This document shows, one piece after another, positions 41,085 to 55,400 of a stretch of DNA of 64,000 nucleotides (position 1 is its first letter; each line of letters starts with the position of its first letter). The position numbers and the translations under genes are program-made. The notes below the pieces were generated by a model. The model saw only the letters and a program-made list of their open reading frames with translations. It did not search any database and was not told the origin of the DNA. Origin of the DNA: Octopus vulgaris (taxonomy: Eukaryota); contig OX597817.1 in NCBI GenBank assembly GCA_951406725.2, positions 54,560,001 to 54,624,000 on the forward strand, given 5' to 3'.

Positions 41085-41320
41085 TTTGAGAATACGAATC
41101 GGCCTTTATGCAAACAAAAATGATTTTATTATGTAGATGTGATCTGGCCATTAAAATAAAGAATTTCTCATTTAGACAGAGATCCCAACGATTATTGTTG
41201 ATGTTATATGAGGAAGTTTTGGCTAGGATACGCCATTCTAAGGTATAGTTATTGTTTTTGTCTTTCAATTTCCCAAATGTAACTACTCAGTCCGGTAGAG
41301 TTCGCTATACTTCTGTTTGA
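41085..41320 (-). pseudogene. Penelope-like element GIY-YIG endonuclease C-terminal remnant
   Basis: NSTGLSSYIW / (frameshift) LKDKNNNYTLEWRILAKTSSYNINNNRWDLCLNEKFFIL...HKGRF matches the T-LS-YIW-LK...W-IL...C-LCL-EK pattern of Penelope-like endonucleases. Confidence 0.75.
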
Positions 41321-41479
41321 ATAAAACTGTTTTGACCCATACATGCAAATTCATTACACTCACAGTTTCTTAAAGCCAATAAACAAATCGATTTGCAATT
41401 TTCCATGCCTTTCAGATAAGACATCTTGCTATACTGACACTAGATTTTGTGAGAATCAGTGAAATACCCATTGAGATAT

Positions 41480-42620
41480 TTAGTAGAAAAGAACAGGTTG
41501 AAATCGATTTGCGCCAGCCTCACCATGTCTTTCCAAATAAGCAATGCCTTCACTAATGGTACCAACATTAATTCTGTGTCTTCCATTTTTAAAGTACATT
41601 CAAGAACCACCAAGAGAATTCTGAAAAAGGTTTGAGAAAGAGGGAATTGTAGAAAGGAAAACTGGATCAGGAGTTCATAATCGCAAAAGGGATCATCGTT
41701 TTAATCTGGAAGTGAAGAGCTCAATCAGAAACGATATCCAACTCAATCCATAAGACGTTTGACTCGCAAGAGAGGTAAGTTACATGAAAGCTCCAAGAGC
41801 GGTGACAGAAAACTTGAAGAGGAAATCGTAGTGAGACCTATGAGGCACCTCGTTACTCCAGGACAAAATGTTAGAAGGTTGGAGAGAGTGTAGATGATCT
41901 TGAACAAAGTGAGGCATAATCCTGGATTGTTCTTTCAAAGACCAGAACAATTTCGCTCAAGAAACAGACACAACAGCCCCATTCTGGCTTCACCTTCTCA
42001 CGAGAGAGTCAAAAATGTCATTTTCATGTGTCAAAACCGATCTGTGATGGAAAGAAAATACCATTGATCACCTTTAAGAAGGCTGTGAGACTGACAGAAT
42101 TTTGTTTTGTTCAGGTTTTGAAAGATGTAAAGACCTGAATTCTTTTTGAATATCCTTAGGCAACAGACGAGGGAAACCCCAACAAGATTGCTAAAAACTT
42201 CAAGTTTACATTCTAGCAAGCTCCTTGTCACACAAGTGCAGTTGCTCAAAAATTTCTCAGGGATGAGTTTGGGAACAGGTTTGGTGATAAGGACACTTGA
42301 CCTCCTTCATCACCTGATTTGAACCCTTTAGACGTCAGCATCTGGAATGAACTGGTCAGAAAAGCTTGTGAGGAGCCTCAGAGCAACTTGCAAGCCCTCA
42401 AAAACCCATCCGTAGGACGTAGGAGTAAGACATTAGTAAGAATTCATTAAGAAAGCGCTGTGGTGCAGTCGGAAAGAAGGTTGAGAAAATAATTACGAAA
42501 AGAGGAGCAACTCTTGGTGCCGAACAAGTAGAATTTCGGCCAGACTTGTCCCTGGCAATTTGAAATAAAACTATAAGTTTCCATTCAAATTTTATATCCT
42601 GAGCTATGGTTAATTATTTA
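41480..42620 (+). pseudogene. Highly decayed Tc1/mariner transposase
   Basis: 42298-42350 reads *PPSSPDLNPLDVSIWNEL; boundaries approximate. Confidence 0.65.
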
Positions 42621-43066
42621 TGAAAATGTCATTTTCATCCAGGATCAACCTCATCATGATTCTTTTGGTAAGCTTGGAAAGTAACCTTCATTTTTTCTTA
42701 CTCAAAGTAGAGTCCAGTAGTGCTGGAAAAACCCCTGATAACCCCATTATGCTATCTTTAAGCATTCCCGAGATACAAAGTTTCGAAGATGATTCTAAAA
42801 CTTGGACAATTTCGCTGATACACCTGGTATATATATATACACACACACACACACACAAAACACACTCACACAAAAACACATTCACACACACACATGGATA
42901 TTTATATGCATATTCATATGAATACATACATACGTACATACATACATGCACACATATATATATATATATAAATAGGTGTGTGCAGAATGAATAGTGTTTT
43001 GATAATTGAAGTCACGTCCGACGAAGTTGATTGGTCATTTTGTTCTCCCCACCCCCTCTCTCTCTC

Positions 43067-43142
<76 letters not shown>

Positions 43143-43276
43143 GGGAATTAGGAGTATTCCAGGTTATCAGGAAGTTTACTAATTTACATTTTTCTAATGA
43201 AATGTAAAATGCATATTTATAATATTATTATTACAAATTTGAGATATTTACAATAGATAAGCAACTCCTATTTCAG

Positions 43277-43345
43277 GATAACCTCATATATAGAGAGATG
43301 GCGGCGTGGATTTCCACCTCGCCATCCGAAACTCGGAGTTTTATC
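43277..43345 (+). ncRNA. Disrupted HHR homologous to the 7809-7871 family
   Basis: GATAA-CC[tcatatata]GAGA-GATGGCG..GTGGA..TCCAC..CGCCATC-C-GAAA-CTCGGAG-TT-TTATC; core interrupted by a short AT-rich insert. Confidence 0.6.
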
Positions 43346-43378
43346 ATCGCTACCGAATAATCGTCACATATTACGTTT

Positions 43379-43460
<82 letters not shown>

Positions 43461-43476
43461 ATATGTATATATACAT

Positions 43477-43576
<100 letters not shown>

Positions 43577-43588
43577 GGAGCTTCTACA

Positions 43589-43622
43589 GGACTAGAACTG
43601 TTTCATTCAAAAGAAATCATCA
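43589..43622 (-). ncRNA. 5'-truncated HHR-like motif
   Basis: TGATGA-T-TTC-tttt-GAA-T-GAAA-CAG-TT-CTAGTCC; the 5' strand of stem I is replaced by (GT)n. Confidence 0.45.
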
Positions 43623-43905
43623 CACACATATTATAGTCACACGATATGATTTGGTTTTACAGTTTAATACTGGAAGGATTTTACGTCCAAAGTTACAAAT
43701 ATAAAAGCGCTTATTTTCTTTGCTTGACTGTCGCCGGAATTTCTAACTCAAATTCAAACCTGTCATAAACACTCTATCGTTACTTCGGAAACTTATCTAA
43801 AAGAAAGATATCAGTCACTCACATTTGATTTGCTTGCGGCTTCTGGAGTGTTTCTGCATGCTATTTAGTGCCACATATACAACAATTTCTTAATATACCG
43901 CAGTA

Positions 43906-44292
43906 ATATATATATAAAGCTGAAGTTGTCTGTGTGTGGCAGGTTTGGCAGCCTTCATCTAACACTATCTCCTCCGAGACCCTGCGGCGCAAGTTGACCA
44001 AAACTGAGAGTATGATAGAAGGAGGCTTGCTCTTCCTTTCGTAGAAGAACAATCCAAATCGTACTATGTTAACACCAAAAATTATTTACATCAAAAAGGT
44101 GCTTTTTTCTATGAAAATCCGTATTTTTTACGACTTTTTGACTGCTGTGTCGCCATTTTTCGGTGTATTTCAACCGGAAAAATGTTCACTTAAAGAGAAT
44201 AACAAGCTACATAAATGCAAAATTTTAACTTTTCAAACATTCTAATTCTAAAGGGTCGAAACAAACCCGAGCAAGCTGGGCGATACTGCTAG
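43906..44292 (+). mobile_element. Non-autonomous Helitron
   Basis: No TIRs; subterminal hairpin CCCGAGCAAGCTGGG then CTAG|T; second copy at 51187-51571. Confidence 0.7.
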
Positions 44293-44559
44293 TTTAACAA
44301 TAAAATTATTTAGTTATCATGTTATCCCACCATATGACATAAGCCTAAAGAAATATCATGACCCAAACTGTAACGAAGAGTAGGCAGTAGTGTTGCTGTA
44401 GAATCATTAGGCCTTGTGCTGTTGATTTCAACAACCATAATTAATTTACTTGACGATTGAAAGATACCACGCATTATTCTAAATGAGCAGAACGTTTTAA
44501 CGAAACAAGTACACGTAACAAAATCATGAAAAATACGGACAAAAAGGCTAATTAGTTTT

Positions 44560-44890
44560 CTGATTGATATGCCACCGTGCCACTTGCCTCTCATCCAAGC
44601 CATTATCCCACAGAATGCGTTGAATTTATTTTAATAATTTCAAAGAAAAGAAGCTGTGAAATGCAGTGAAACGTTTGTTACCTCTCGTGGTGGCTTTGAA
44701 ATGTTCGAAAAGCGATCTGGTAATGATGGTATTCAATTAACAGAGTAATTAGCAAGGATCCATTTCCAGGCTGTCTCAGGATTTACTGCAATATTGAAGC
44801 GTATTATAGGAAGAAGCAAATATCCGCCAAAATTAATTTTTCAAACAGGCGAAGGGTTACAGTCTTTGAAATATTTACCCCACAAAAAAT
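44560..44890 (+). pseudogene. Decayed pogo/Tigger transposase fragment
   Basis: FVTSRGGFEMFEKRSG resembles F-ASxGWFxxFxKR, followed by a YPPKLIF-like segment. Confidence 0.45.
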
Positions 44891-46143
44891 TGAATCGAAA
44901 ACTAGGTTTTAAAATGATACGAGGTTATAAATGCTGGTTTCTGTAGAATTTGAACATTGCATGTTTTTCATTCTCACGCTGAAATGGACAAAGAAAGAAA
45001 CCTGCAAATCTACTCTTATCGCTATATGATATCTAAATGAAAAGCTTTGGTAGGTCATAAAGGATTTTAGTCGTTCGTTGAATATTTCCCCGCGGCCAAA
45101 TACTGCAGGGAGAACAATAATTTCAAAGGTAAAAAATAATAAACCCATTTTTGGAATGCTTATGATCACCCCCTTCAGACCCCACTTCATTCTAAACCTG
45201 TTGAAGTTCTTTTCATTCTATTAATCGCTGCTTTAATTCAGTCTTGCAATATCTTAGAAGAAGATCTTTATGTCAGCTGATTACAACGACTGATGTTATA
45301 TTTAAGTCTATCAAAGACTTCTCGATAAATTATGTAACGATTCCAGCGTCTATTCCACACGGCAAGCCTACCGTGGAAATCTTCTGCTTGAGGGACGTCC
45401 ATTGCTGCTCACAATAATTCCCTTTAATTTTCATCTACAGTTTCCAAATTGTCCTCCTTCAGTTTGAATTCCATTTTGGGAAACCTTTCGTTGTCCCTAG
45501 AAATAAACCAGGCAAGTATTAGGTGTGTAATACGACCGCCATGTTTCTTTTTTAAAAAATCCGACGATTTTGAAGTTTCTCACGATAATCTCTTGGCAGA
45601 TTCATAACTGATACCAGTCATATCAATGAGGCAATAAATGTCTCGATAGCCATCATTATATAGCAGTTACGTATTCTATATTTCCGATTGTTTTGTTATT
45701 GATTGCTCAGCTCGAACGCTCATCATCTTTACATAAAATTCAACGCGATTTGAAACACGAATATTTCAAACACGTGTTCGATCTAAAAATGTTTCCTCAA
45801 ATCCTAAGGAAATATTTAATAGGTCTTGATAGATCTGGCAAGCGTTATGTAAAGTTTTATGCAGATGAACTGTTCGAATTTGCCATCTCCAAACTGCAGA
45901 GCCATTCAAACGCAACATCAAAAAAGTCCCGTTAAAGAATTCCGTAAAGTGAATAACATGAAGAATATTCATAGACGAGTTCAATCGGTTGGCATCCAAT
46001 GATCGTCTGCTAGACAAACATTTTCGTTGAACAGTACAATGATGGCACGTAATATATGGAAGCTTTCCAATAACAACTTGTAATCTTTCTTCCTCTCTGA
46101 CTGTCTTCCTCTCTGTATATAGAATAACAATACTATACACACA

Positions 46144-46200
<57 letters not shown>

Positions 46201-46686
46201 GTGTGTGTGTATACTGTGCCTGTGAAAATTTTTATCCCAGCCGTAAGGCTTTACTTCAAAACACGCCAGCTTAATTTAATTCGTTCCTTGTCGAAAGACA
46301 ACTGTTGTTATGTCCTGTTATTTGTATTTGTGTAACCTTCCCCGTATTTTTTCCGTCCTTGTTTTCGTATACATTCGCTGCTTTCTTCCAAGGAATCTAA
46401 TGCTCTTGGCTTAGTTTTTCCTTGGGGCTGGCCAGATTAGAGTAATCTCGAGTATAACCAGCCGAAATTGCAAAGGTAATCTGGAACACGACTGAGAAAA
46501 GAAAACTCCGAATTACCCGTCTTTGTTTTCTTTATATCGTCTATCTGGATGCTTTGTTATCCATTCCTTGTATCACTTAACTGTTTGGATGTTTTGCGTT
46601 TTTGTCCCATTTTGTATTTTTTATAGATATACATATACACATTTATATATCTATATATATATAAATATCTATACACACACACACAT

Positions 46687-46742
<56 letters not shown>

Positions 46743-46744
46743 TC

Positions 46745-46787
<43 letters not shown>

Positions 46788-47073
46788 TATATATAGAAAT
46801 ATATATATATACGTATATATACATATATATATATATATATTTAAATACATATATATATATATACATATATATGTACACACACACATATATATATACATTC
46901 ATATATATATATGTATACACATGTAGATATGTATGCTTGTATGTGTGTGTGTGCATATATATGTATATATGTTGTGTATGTATGCATGTACATACAACAA
47001 AAGCACGGTAAATACGCTATTTTTCATATAAGCTTAGATGTATATAGTTACATATGAGCAGGAATGTGTATAC

Positions 47074-47282
47074 TCTTTTACTCTTTTACTTCTTTCAGTC
47101 ATTTGACTGCGGCCATGCTGGAGCACCGCCTTTAGTCGAGCAAATCGACCCCGGGACTTATTTTTTTGTAAGCCCAGTACTTATTCTATCGATCCCTTTT
47201 GTCGAACCGCTAAGTGACGGGGACGTAAACACACCAGCATCGGTTGTCAAGCAATGCTAGGGGGACAAACACAGGCACACAA

Positions 47283-47333
<51 letters not shown>

Positions 47334-47500
47334 TACGACAGGCTTCTTTCAGTTTCCGTCTACTAAATCCACTCACAAGGCATTGGTCGGCCCGGGGCTA
47401 TAGCAGAAGACACTTGCTCAAGATGCCACGCAGTGGGACTGAACCCGGAACCATGTAGTTGGTTAGCAAGCTACTTACCACACAGCCACTCCTGCGCCTA
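47074..47500 (-). mobile_element. SINE family A, full length
   Basis: All modules present. Confidence 0.92.
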
Positions 47501-47861
47501 TATGAGAGAATATTTTTATGTGTAGATTCCAGCTTTTATACTTTCGTGTTGTACTATTCCGTTCTCGTATATTTTTATTTTTATTGTATTACCATTTGTT
47601 TTTATCATTTTTTGTCGTTCAGTTACAAATTTTCTTTATTCTTGTGTTACTACTAATAAATAGTTCAAAATTGTTATTTTCCTACATCAAAGCCACACTT
47701 TGCCTTATACTTAACCACATTCAGAGTATTTGCCTCATATATTTGCCTTATAATGGCGCCTATCATTACGCGATCAACATGGAGCCACCGAACTCGGAGT
47801 AGCTACACTCGATAATTTCTGTATCATATAAAAATCACAACTGCTCTTGTAAATTTTCCTC

Positions 47862-48065
47862 GTGGCGAACAGGCAGAATCATTACGGTGCCGGAAGAAAA
47901 CGCTCAGCAGGGTTTGTTCCCATTTACGTTCAAATGCCACTGAGGTCGACTTTACTTTTCATCCTTTCGTAGGTCGATAAAATAAAATACCAGTTGAACA
48001 TTGGTCGGTCGATGTCATTGAATCTCTTCGGAAACGTTGGTCTTGAGTCAAAATTTCAAAACGAA
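47862..48065 (+). mobile_element. SINE family B, diverged
   Basis: GAGGTCGACTTTACTTTTCATCCTTTCG motif. Confidence 0.7.
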
Positions 48066-48495
48066 TATTTCTAACTTCAATCGAATACACACACATACAT
48101 CCACAGACATACATATACACATCCTAATGCATATAAAAATACATACATACTTACATACACACACATAGGCTCAAGTTTATTCACTGAGATCCTAATGAAC
48201 ACATACACGAACTCACCCTAAACATGGTTCTCATCTGTATACACACGTATTTATGTGTGCATTAGATATATATTTGTATGTATGTATATATATATTTATA
48301 TATACGCACACATTTTTCTCTCTGTATATATACACAAACACGCAAATACACATGTTATATGTGCGCGTTTGTATGTAAGGTGTTATACATATATATTTTA
48401 TATATATATATATGTGTGTGTGTACCCACAAACATACTTACATAAATATTCAGAGACATTTAACATTCACACAAGCATACAAACACACACACACG

Positions 48496-48539
<44 letters not shown>

Positions 48540-49234
48540 GCTATATATTTTTATACGTATCCATGTATTGACAACATGAACACATAGGTAAAATGCAAAC
48601 AAAGGATTCTAGGAGGAGGATATTCTAGAAGGAAGCGAATATTGGACGAGATAATGAGCCATGATGCATTGAAGTAGACAGAATTTTGGCGAAGTCTCCT
48701 GCAGAGCAAGCAGTGAAATTGCGATACCAACAGGGACTCTGACAAAACATCCGTACGACACATATTGCATTCTTGCAGGGTTGCCTTGGAAACGAAGGCA
48801 GTTCCTGAAAGGAATACCAGTCTACCTTGTCTGCTGTGAACTTTGATCCTCATATTTTATTTCTTTCACTGTATGTGTGTGTGTGTGTATTGAAGTATGC
48901 TTGAATATATGTGTATTTATGTGTGCGCGTTTATGTAGTTATGAATGTATGTATGAAGGTATGAATGTATGAACGTAGCAAAATAAGCAAACGCACAGAG
49001 ACTCAGTCACAAAGAGAGGGAGAACAAAGAGGAAATGAAATATTAGCATATATGCAAATGTATACACAATAATACATTCATATATACAAACATATATATG
49101 TATGTACGCATATATTAATATGCACATGAATATACATATAAATATACATACATACACACATATGTATACATACATATATATACATATACATATATATAAG
49201 TATACATACATATATATATAAGTATACATACATA

Positions 49235-49265
<31 letters not shown>

Positions 49266-49397
49266 GTATATAAATACATACATGCATACATATATATGCA
49301 TATAGGCACGAATATTCATATAGGCATTCCTACATATATGTATGTATATATATATATGTATATATATATGTGTATGTATGTATATATATGTATACAG

Positions 49398-49438
<41 letters not shown>

Positions 49439-49522
49439 TATATATATATATAGTCTCACATATACTTTCAGATGTATTTTAATGAATATATGGATTTGTA
49501 TACATTAATATATGTATATATG

Positions 49523-49580
<58 letters not shown>

Positions 49581-49714
49581 GTATATATATATATGTAAAT
49601 ATATATGTGTATGTGCATTAGTGTGTGTATACACATATAAGTATATTTGTATATACATACGTATAACTTTCTTTGAATATATTCACTCTATATGTTGTGT
49701 GTTTGTTAGTGCCT

Positions 49715-49754
<40 letters not shown>

Positions 49755-51186
49755 GAAATCGCGTATTTGCAGCAGTCATCCTACGAATGAATATTCAAAC
49801 CTTTACTATACGAAAATCAGTAAGAGGTAAAAACAAAACAAAAAATAAATAAATGAAAAACAACAACAATAAATACTGCAAACATCGAAACAAATCGAAT
49901 AAGGTTTTGTAATTCTTTAAAGTTGGGCAAATGCAGATGAGGGGGGGAGTGGGGGTAGATGATACAGCAGTAGAATGGAGAAGAGGGGAAGAGAGAGAGT
50001 GGAGAGGGGGAAATAAGTGCCAAGACACAACCAAATATTCTTCAAAAGCACTGGAAAACGAAGAATATAAGACAAAGGGGGGAAGTTATCTGTATTCCAC
50101 TCTGCCCACCACTCCAATGACTTCGCAAAGAAAGGAAATAAAATATATATTGTATTATACATACATACATACATACATACATACACATATGTATATGTAT
50201 GTATAGATATGCGTATGTATATGTGTGTGTGTGTATATATGTATGTATGCGTTATATCAGAGAAATGTATATTGATAGAAATATATATGATGTTGGAAAG
50301 CTAGGAAACGGTGAGACGCGTGGGACGGCGGGAGGGGGGAGACAATAGTTGAGTGATATATATGTATTATATATATATATGTGTGTGTATGTGTGTGTGT
50401 GTGTGTGTGTATAGGCATACACGTTCATACATACATATATGAATACGTATATGCATATATATATATATATATGCATAGATATAATATATATACATAAACC
50501 TGTATATTTAGGAACACACACACGAATATAAATATATATATATATATATATATACATATATACATAAATACTTGCATATACACACACATTCGCTAGCATG
50601 CAATACATGAACATACCTGCACATTCAGTTCTACATATGTATATTGAATGTATGTATATATTTATATATATGCGGTTGAGTGTATGTATAGTGTGCATGC
50701 GCATGTGTGTGTGTGTGTGTGTGTGTGTGTGCCTAAATAAATAAAGACGGAAAGAAAGAAAGAAAGAAAGAAAGAAAGGGAGAAAGAAAGAAAGAAAAGG
50801 GGAGTTGGAGAGAAATGTATCAAAAAAGACATTTCTTATTGTGTCTCGTGCATCTCATTATTAAACATTCTTCAATAAGTTTTGTAACGTCTTGCGGAGT
50901 CGTTTCTGATTAAAACAATAAAGAATGGTCTTTGAAACCGTTGTTGTCTCTCATTTGTGATCTATAATTTTTATAGTCAGACATAAACAATTAATAAATG
51001 AAAAACAAACACGAATTTATTCTTCTCTTTGTTCATGTCACACGATCTAAGTACAGAGGAGTTCGCATATAATCGCATACTGCTATCAAACCGTTACTGG
51101 TATGAAATTTAATGAGTACGAAGAGTAACGAGCTGTTAGGACCGTTAAGGACCTCGGTCAAAAGAATTAGCGAATTTCTTCTGGTA

Positions 51187-51571
51187 CTAGTAGTATCGCC
51201 CGGCGTTGCTAGGTTTTGTTTCGACCCTTTAAAATTTGAGTTTTTGAAAAGTAAAAATGTTGCTTTATGTAGCTTGTTATTCCCTTTAAGTGAACATTTT
51301 TCTGGTTGAAATACACCGATAAATGGCGACACAGCAGTCAAAAAATCGTAAAAATGTTGGGATTTTTATAGAGAAAAAGCACCTTTTTGATGTAAATAAT
51401 TTTTGGTGTTAACATGGTCCGATTTGATTTCTTTCTTCTAAGGAATGAAGAGCAAGCCTTCTTCTATCATACTCTCAATTTGGTTAACTTGTGCTGCAGG
51501 GTCCCGGAGGAGATTGTGTTAGTTGAAGGCTACCAAACCTGCCATACACAGACAACTTCAGCTTTATATAT
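51187..51571 (-). mobile_element. Non-autonomous Helitron (same family as 43906-44292)
   Basis: Reverse-complement homolog ending in CTAG. Confidence 0.7.
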
Positions 51572-51809
51572 GAGATTTTACGTACAGATTTCAATTACCA
51601 ACGAGGCCAATTTTGCGTAGATGTGAATATTACAGTAGGGGGGTAACTACTGTAAGATTGCTTTGTAGACGACATATTTAGTTTTTCCTTCAGGTGCATA
51701 GATGAATAAGTTGTCTGAATGGCCAACTCTGGAACAACCAACGTAAAACTGTTCATGGGTAAAGCATGACGTTCGAAGGTTCAATCCGACAACTCTCAGC
51801 GATTGACCT

Positions 51810-52192
51810 TATGCTTTGTTAATTGTCATGGTGAAGCTGAGTTTCAGAGGGAACTGAAGACACCGCGTCCTCTACAAAGGTCTGGATCACATCACATAAG
51901 AACATTGCGATACAATTTCTTCACGGCAAATGTTTATGCACTTTTCAACGTTATCCCAAAAGAAATTAAAGTAGAAAAAGACCCCTCAACTTTCAAACGC
52001 TACCTGGACAAATTCTTCCAGGAAATACCGGATAAACCACATACACCTGGATACGTTTCAGCCAACAACAACTCTCTGTTTGAGTGGTCCATGGTGTCAT
52101 GAAATTATTAACTAAAAGGCTTTTCCATGTGGTGCTATTGAGTTAGTCATAGCCTGGGCTGATAATGGCCGAAACGAATCTAAGATATCTAA
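51810..52192 (+). mobile_element. 3' fragment of a second CR1/L2-group LINE
   Basis: LFNVIPKEIK...FKRYLDKFFQEIPDKP...NNSL parallels the C-terminus of the 52511 ORF (LFNILPKNLR...FKMKLDLFLSGVPDEP...SNSL). Confidence 0.7.
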
Positions 52193-52414
52193 GTTACACA
52201 CACACACACACACGCGCGCGCACACACACACACCCACACATACACACACACACACACATATATATATATATGCATATATTTATGTGTGTACGTATAATAA
52301 TAGGTATACATACATGCATACAATCGCACACACGTAATTATGAATGTACAAACATATTATACATATACAAACATACATACATACATACATATATATGTAT
52401 ATATACACACATAT

Positions 52415-55400
52415 GATTGATTGATTGATTGATTGATTGATTCTAGTTTCAGCTTATGAGCTGTGGCCATGCTGGGGCACCGCCATTTGGTGTCGCTACT
52501 TGGTTTCACTTCATGGAGGCTTTCTAGCAACTGCTATTTGGTGCATGAGAGAGTTCGATGCAGCTGCCCTCATCTGCCCCTCCTGCTGTGAAGTTGGTTC
52601 ATCTGGGACACCTGACAGGAAGAGATCCAGCTTCATTTTAAAGACATCTGTATCCACCCCATGCAGGTCTCTCAGGTTCTTCGGGAGGATATTGAAGAGC
52701 TGTGGGCCTCGGAAGCCCAGGCTATCACAGAATCTTGTCCTACATCTTGATGGCAGGTTTGGAGTCCTAGGCACCACGCAGTGGCGCCCAGTTCTGGCAT
52801 TTGCGTAACTCTCGATGCCAAAGTTCAGGACACTTCCCTCCAGGATCTTCCAGATGTATATTATGGCATATCTTTCCCGCCTACGCTCCAGGGAATATAA
52901 TTTTAATCTCTTGAGTCTTTCCCAGTAGCTTACATTCTGCATAGAGGCTATCTTCTTTGTGTAGCTTCGTTGGATCGCCTCAAGTTCTGTGATCAACTTG
53001 ACACTGGATGGTGACCATAGCTGAGAGCAATAGTCAAAGTGGCTTAGGACAAGTGTCTTCCAGAGGACCATCATGGTTTCTTGTTCTCTTGTTCTAAAGG
53101 TTCTAAGAATCCATCCAGCCAGCCGTCTACATTTCATTGTCAGTTTAGCAACATGTACATGAAAGGTCGCGTCATCACTCATGTGAATACCCAGGTCACG
53201 CACTGATTGTGCCTCTGGGATTGCAATCCCTCCGGGTCCAGTGTATTCATTGGGTATTGCATTCAGTTTTGCATGCTGATAGTATAAAGCTTGAAACTTT
53301 CCAGCATTGAACTGCATGCTATTCTTTTCAGCCCACTTGTATATTTCGTCCAGCTCACATTGCAGGTGTTTAGTGTCCTCAGGGTTCTGTATTGCCTGTG
53401 AAACTTTTGTATCATCTGCATAACTTGTGATCGTGGCTCTCTGCGTGGCTGAGGGCATGTCTGAGAGGGCCATTATGAACAGTAGTGGTCCCAGAACAGT
53501 GCCCTGCGGAACACCGCTCACTATTTGTGTGTTAATGGAGGTGGCCCCATTGGCTACTACCACCTGACTTCTATCCTTCAGAAAGTCATGAAGCCATTCT
53601 CCCAGTTTTCCAACTATGTTGAGATCACGCAGTTTGTGACATATCATTCCATGATCGACTTTATCAAAGGCCTTTGCAAAGTCGAGATATGTCACTTCCA
53701 CATTTGAGTGGTTGAGCAGCCGTTTCAGCACCCAGTCATAGTGTTGTAGGAGCTGAGTTAAACAGCTTCTCCCTGGTCGGAAATCATGTTGGGTGTCGGG
53801 CAGCAAGTCATTCTCTTCAAGGAAGGTGATCAGCTTCCTTCTGACTATTCGTTCCATGACCTTGCTGATGTGTGAGGTCAGAGAGATAGGTCTATAGTTC
53901 TTGGCTTCCGCTCTGCTACCTCCTTTATGAATGGGGCATATTTTACCTTCCTTCAGTTTTCCTGGAAGTTTGCCAGCTGCAAGGAAGCTCTGAAAGAGGA
54001 ACTGCAGTGGTCTTGCTAGGACTCTCTTACATGCTTTTAGGAGGATTGCCGGGAATCCATCGGGGCCAGTAGCTGAGTCTGTTTTCATTTCATCTATAGC
54101 CTTGGTTACATCGTCTTCCTTTATATCGATGTAATCTATCGTCGCCGCCTCTGATTTTATATCTGCAGTGGTAAAAAAGTCAGTTGGATTGGTGATTTGG
54201 AGATGCCCAAGGGGTGGAGTGAAAACACTCTTGAATTGCTCATTCAGTATTTCACTTACCCTCATTGGTTTTCCTGTAAGTGTGCCATCCTTTTCGAGGA
54301 GTGGCCCTATTCTACAGTGCACTGTAGCTGTTTCTTTGGCATACCTGTAGAAAGCTCTGGGGTTAGATTTTATGTTTTCTATAGCCCAGGCTTCTTTGTC
54401 TGCTCTTTCTTTTTCATGGGAGAGTTGCAGACATTTTTCGATTTCCAACAGTTTTATTTTTAGGCGGGACTTTTCACTGCTTTCAATCTGTTTGTTTAGG
54501 CGATTTGAAAATTTCGTACGCCGTCTCATTAAAATTTTCCTCTCTCTGGGGATTTTGTTCTTGTGTACAGTGGCCTTTCTCTCTGGGACACATTTGTAGC
54601 ATATGGCTTGCATTACAGACATGAATTGTTGAAGTTTCACGTCGATGTCTGGCGAGGAGAGACATTTAGGCCAGTTTTGTTTGAGGATCTCTTTCTCAAT
54701 TTGTTTCCAGTTTGCCTTATGGTAGTTCAAGCTGGAAAGATTTTGAGGGTTTCTTGTAGGCTGCATGTCCGTGCTCTCTTTTGGCCCGTACATGGTCAGC
54801 TCTATCATGTTGTGATCCGAGAGTAGTGTCGGTGTCACTTTCACATTATGGATGAGATCCATGTCATTTGTGAAGCAGAGATCCAGTGTGTTACCTGCCC
54901 TGGTTGGTTGGAGTATTACCTGCTCCATGTACAGGGTGTTGATGAGGTTCAGGAGGGACCTCGCCTGTCCTCGTTCACATCTTGTCATTCCTGGGAGAGA
55001 AAGGCCCTCGGGCCATCTGACATTGGGCCGATTGAAGTCTCCCATAAGAAGCACACCTATGTGTTGTTCTAATGTGGTTAGAATTTCTTCTATTTTTATA
55101 AGGCAGTCTTCAAACTTGCCCACATGGCTTGGGGCATCTGGAGGGCGATATGTAGCACACACAACTACATCAAGTTGCCTAATATGTACAATTAGTGTGT
55201 CACACACCGAGTTTGAGTATGACAAGAGGACCTGGGGTGTGAGGTCCTCACGGATGTACATAGCAACACCTCCATGACTCCTTTCTTTCCTGTCGGTCCG
55301 TAGTACAGCATACTGTGGTATGTGTAACTCCGCATCTGCTATGTCCGGTTTCAGGTGCGTTTCCGTAAGTGCTATGCATAAGGCTTGATTGCATGCAACA

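Noticed and set aside
48590-48850. Unique segment as a possible exon (also 23750-23990, 26420-26700, 60720-60950)
   Set aside because: No convincing frame, splice pair or recognisable protein similarity
50906-50942. CTGATTA...GAAACCGTT possible decayed HHR
   Set aside because: Core and all stems are too degenerate to support from one copy
52159-52180. CTGATAA-TGGCC-GAAAC as a hammerhead
   Set aside because: C3-A8 mismatch, no stem III/UH and no stem I; better explained as a LINE 3' tail
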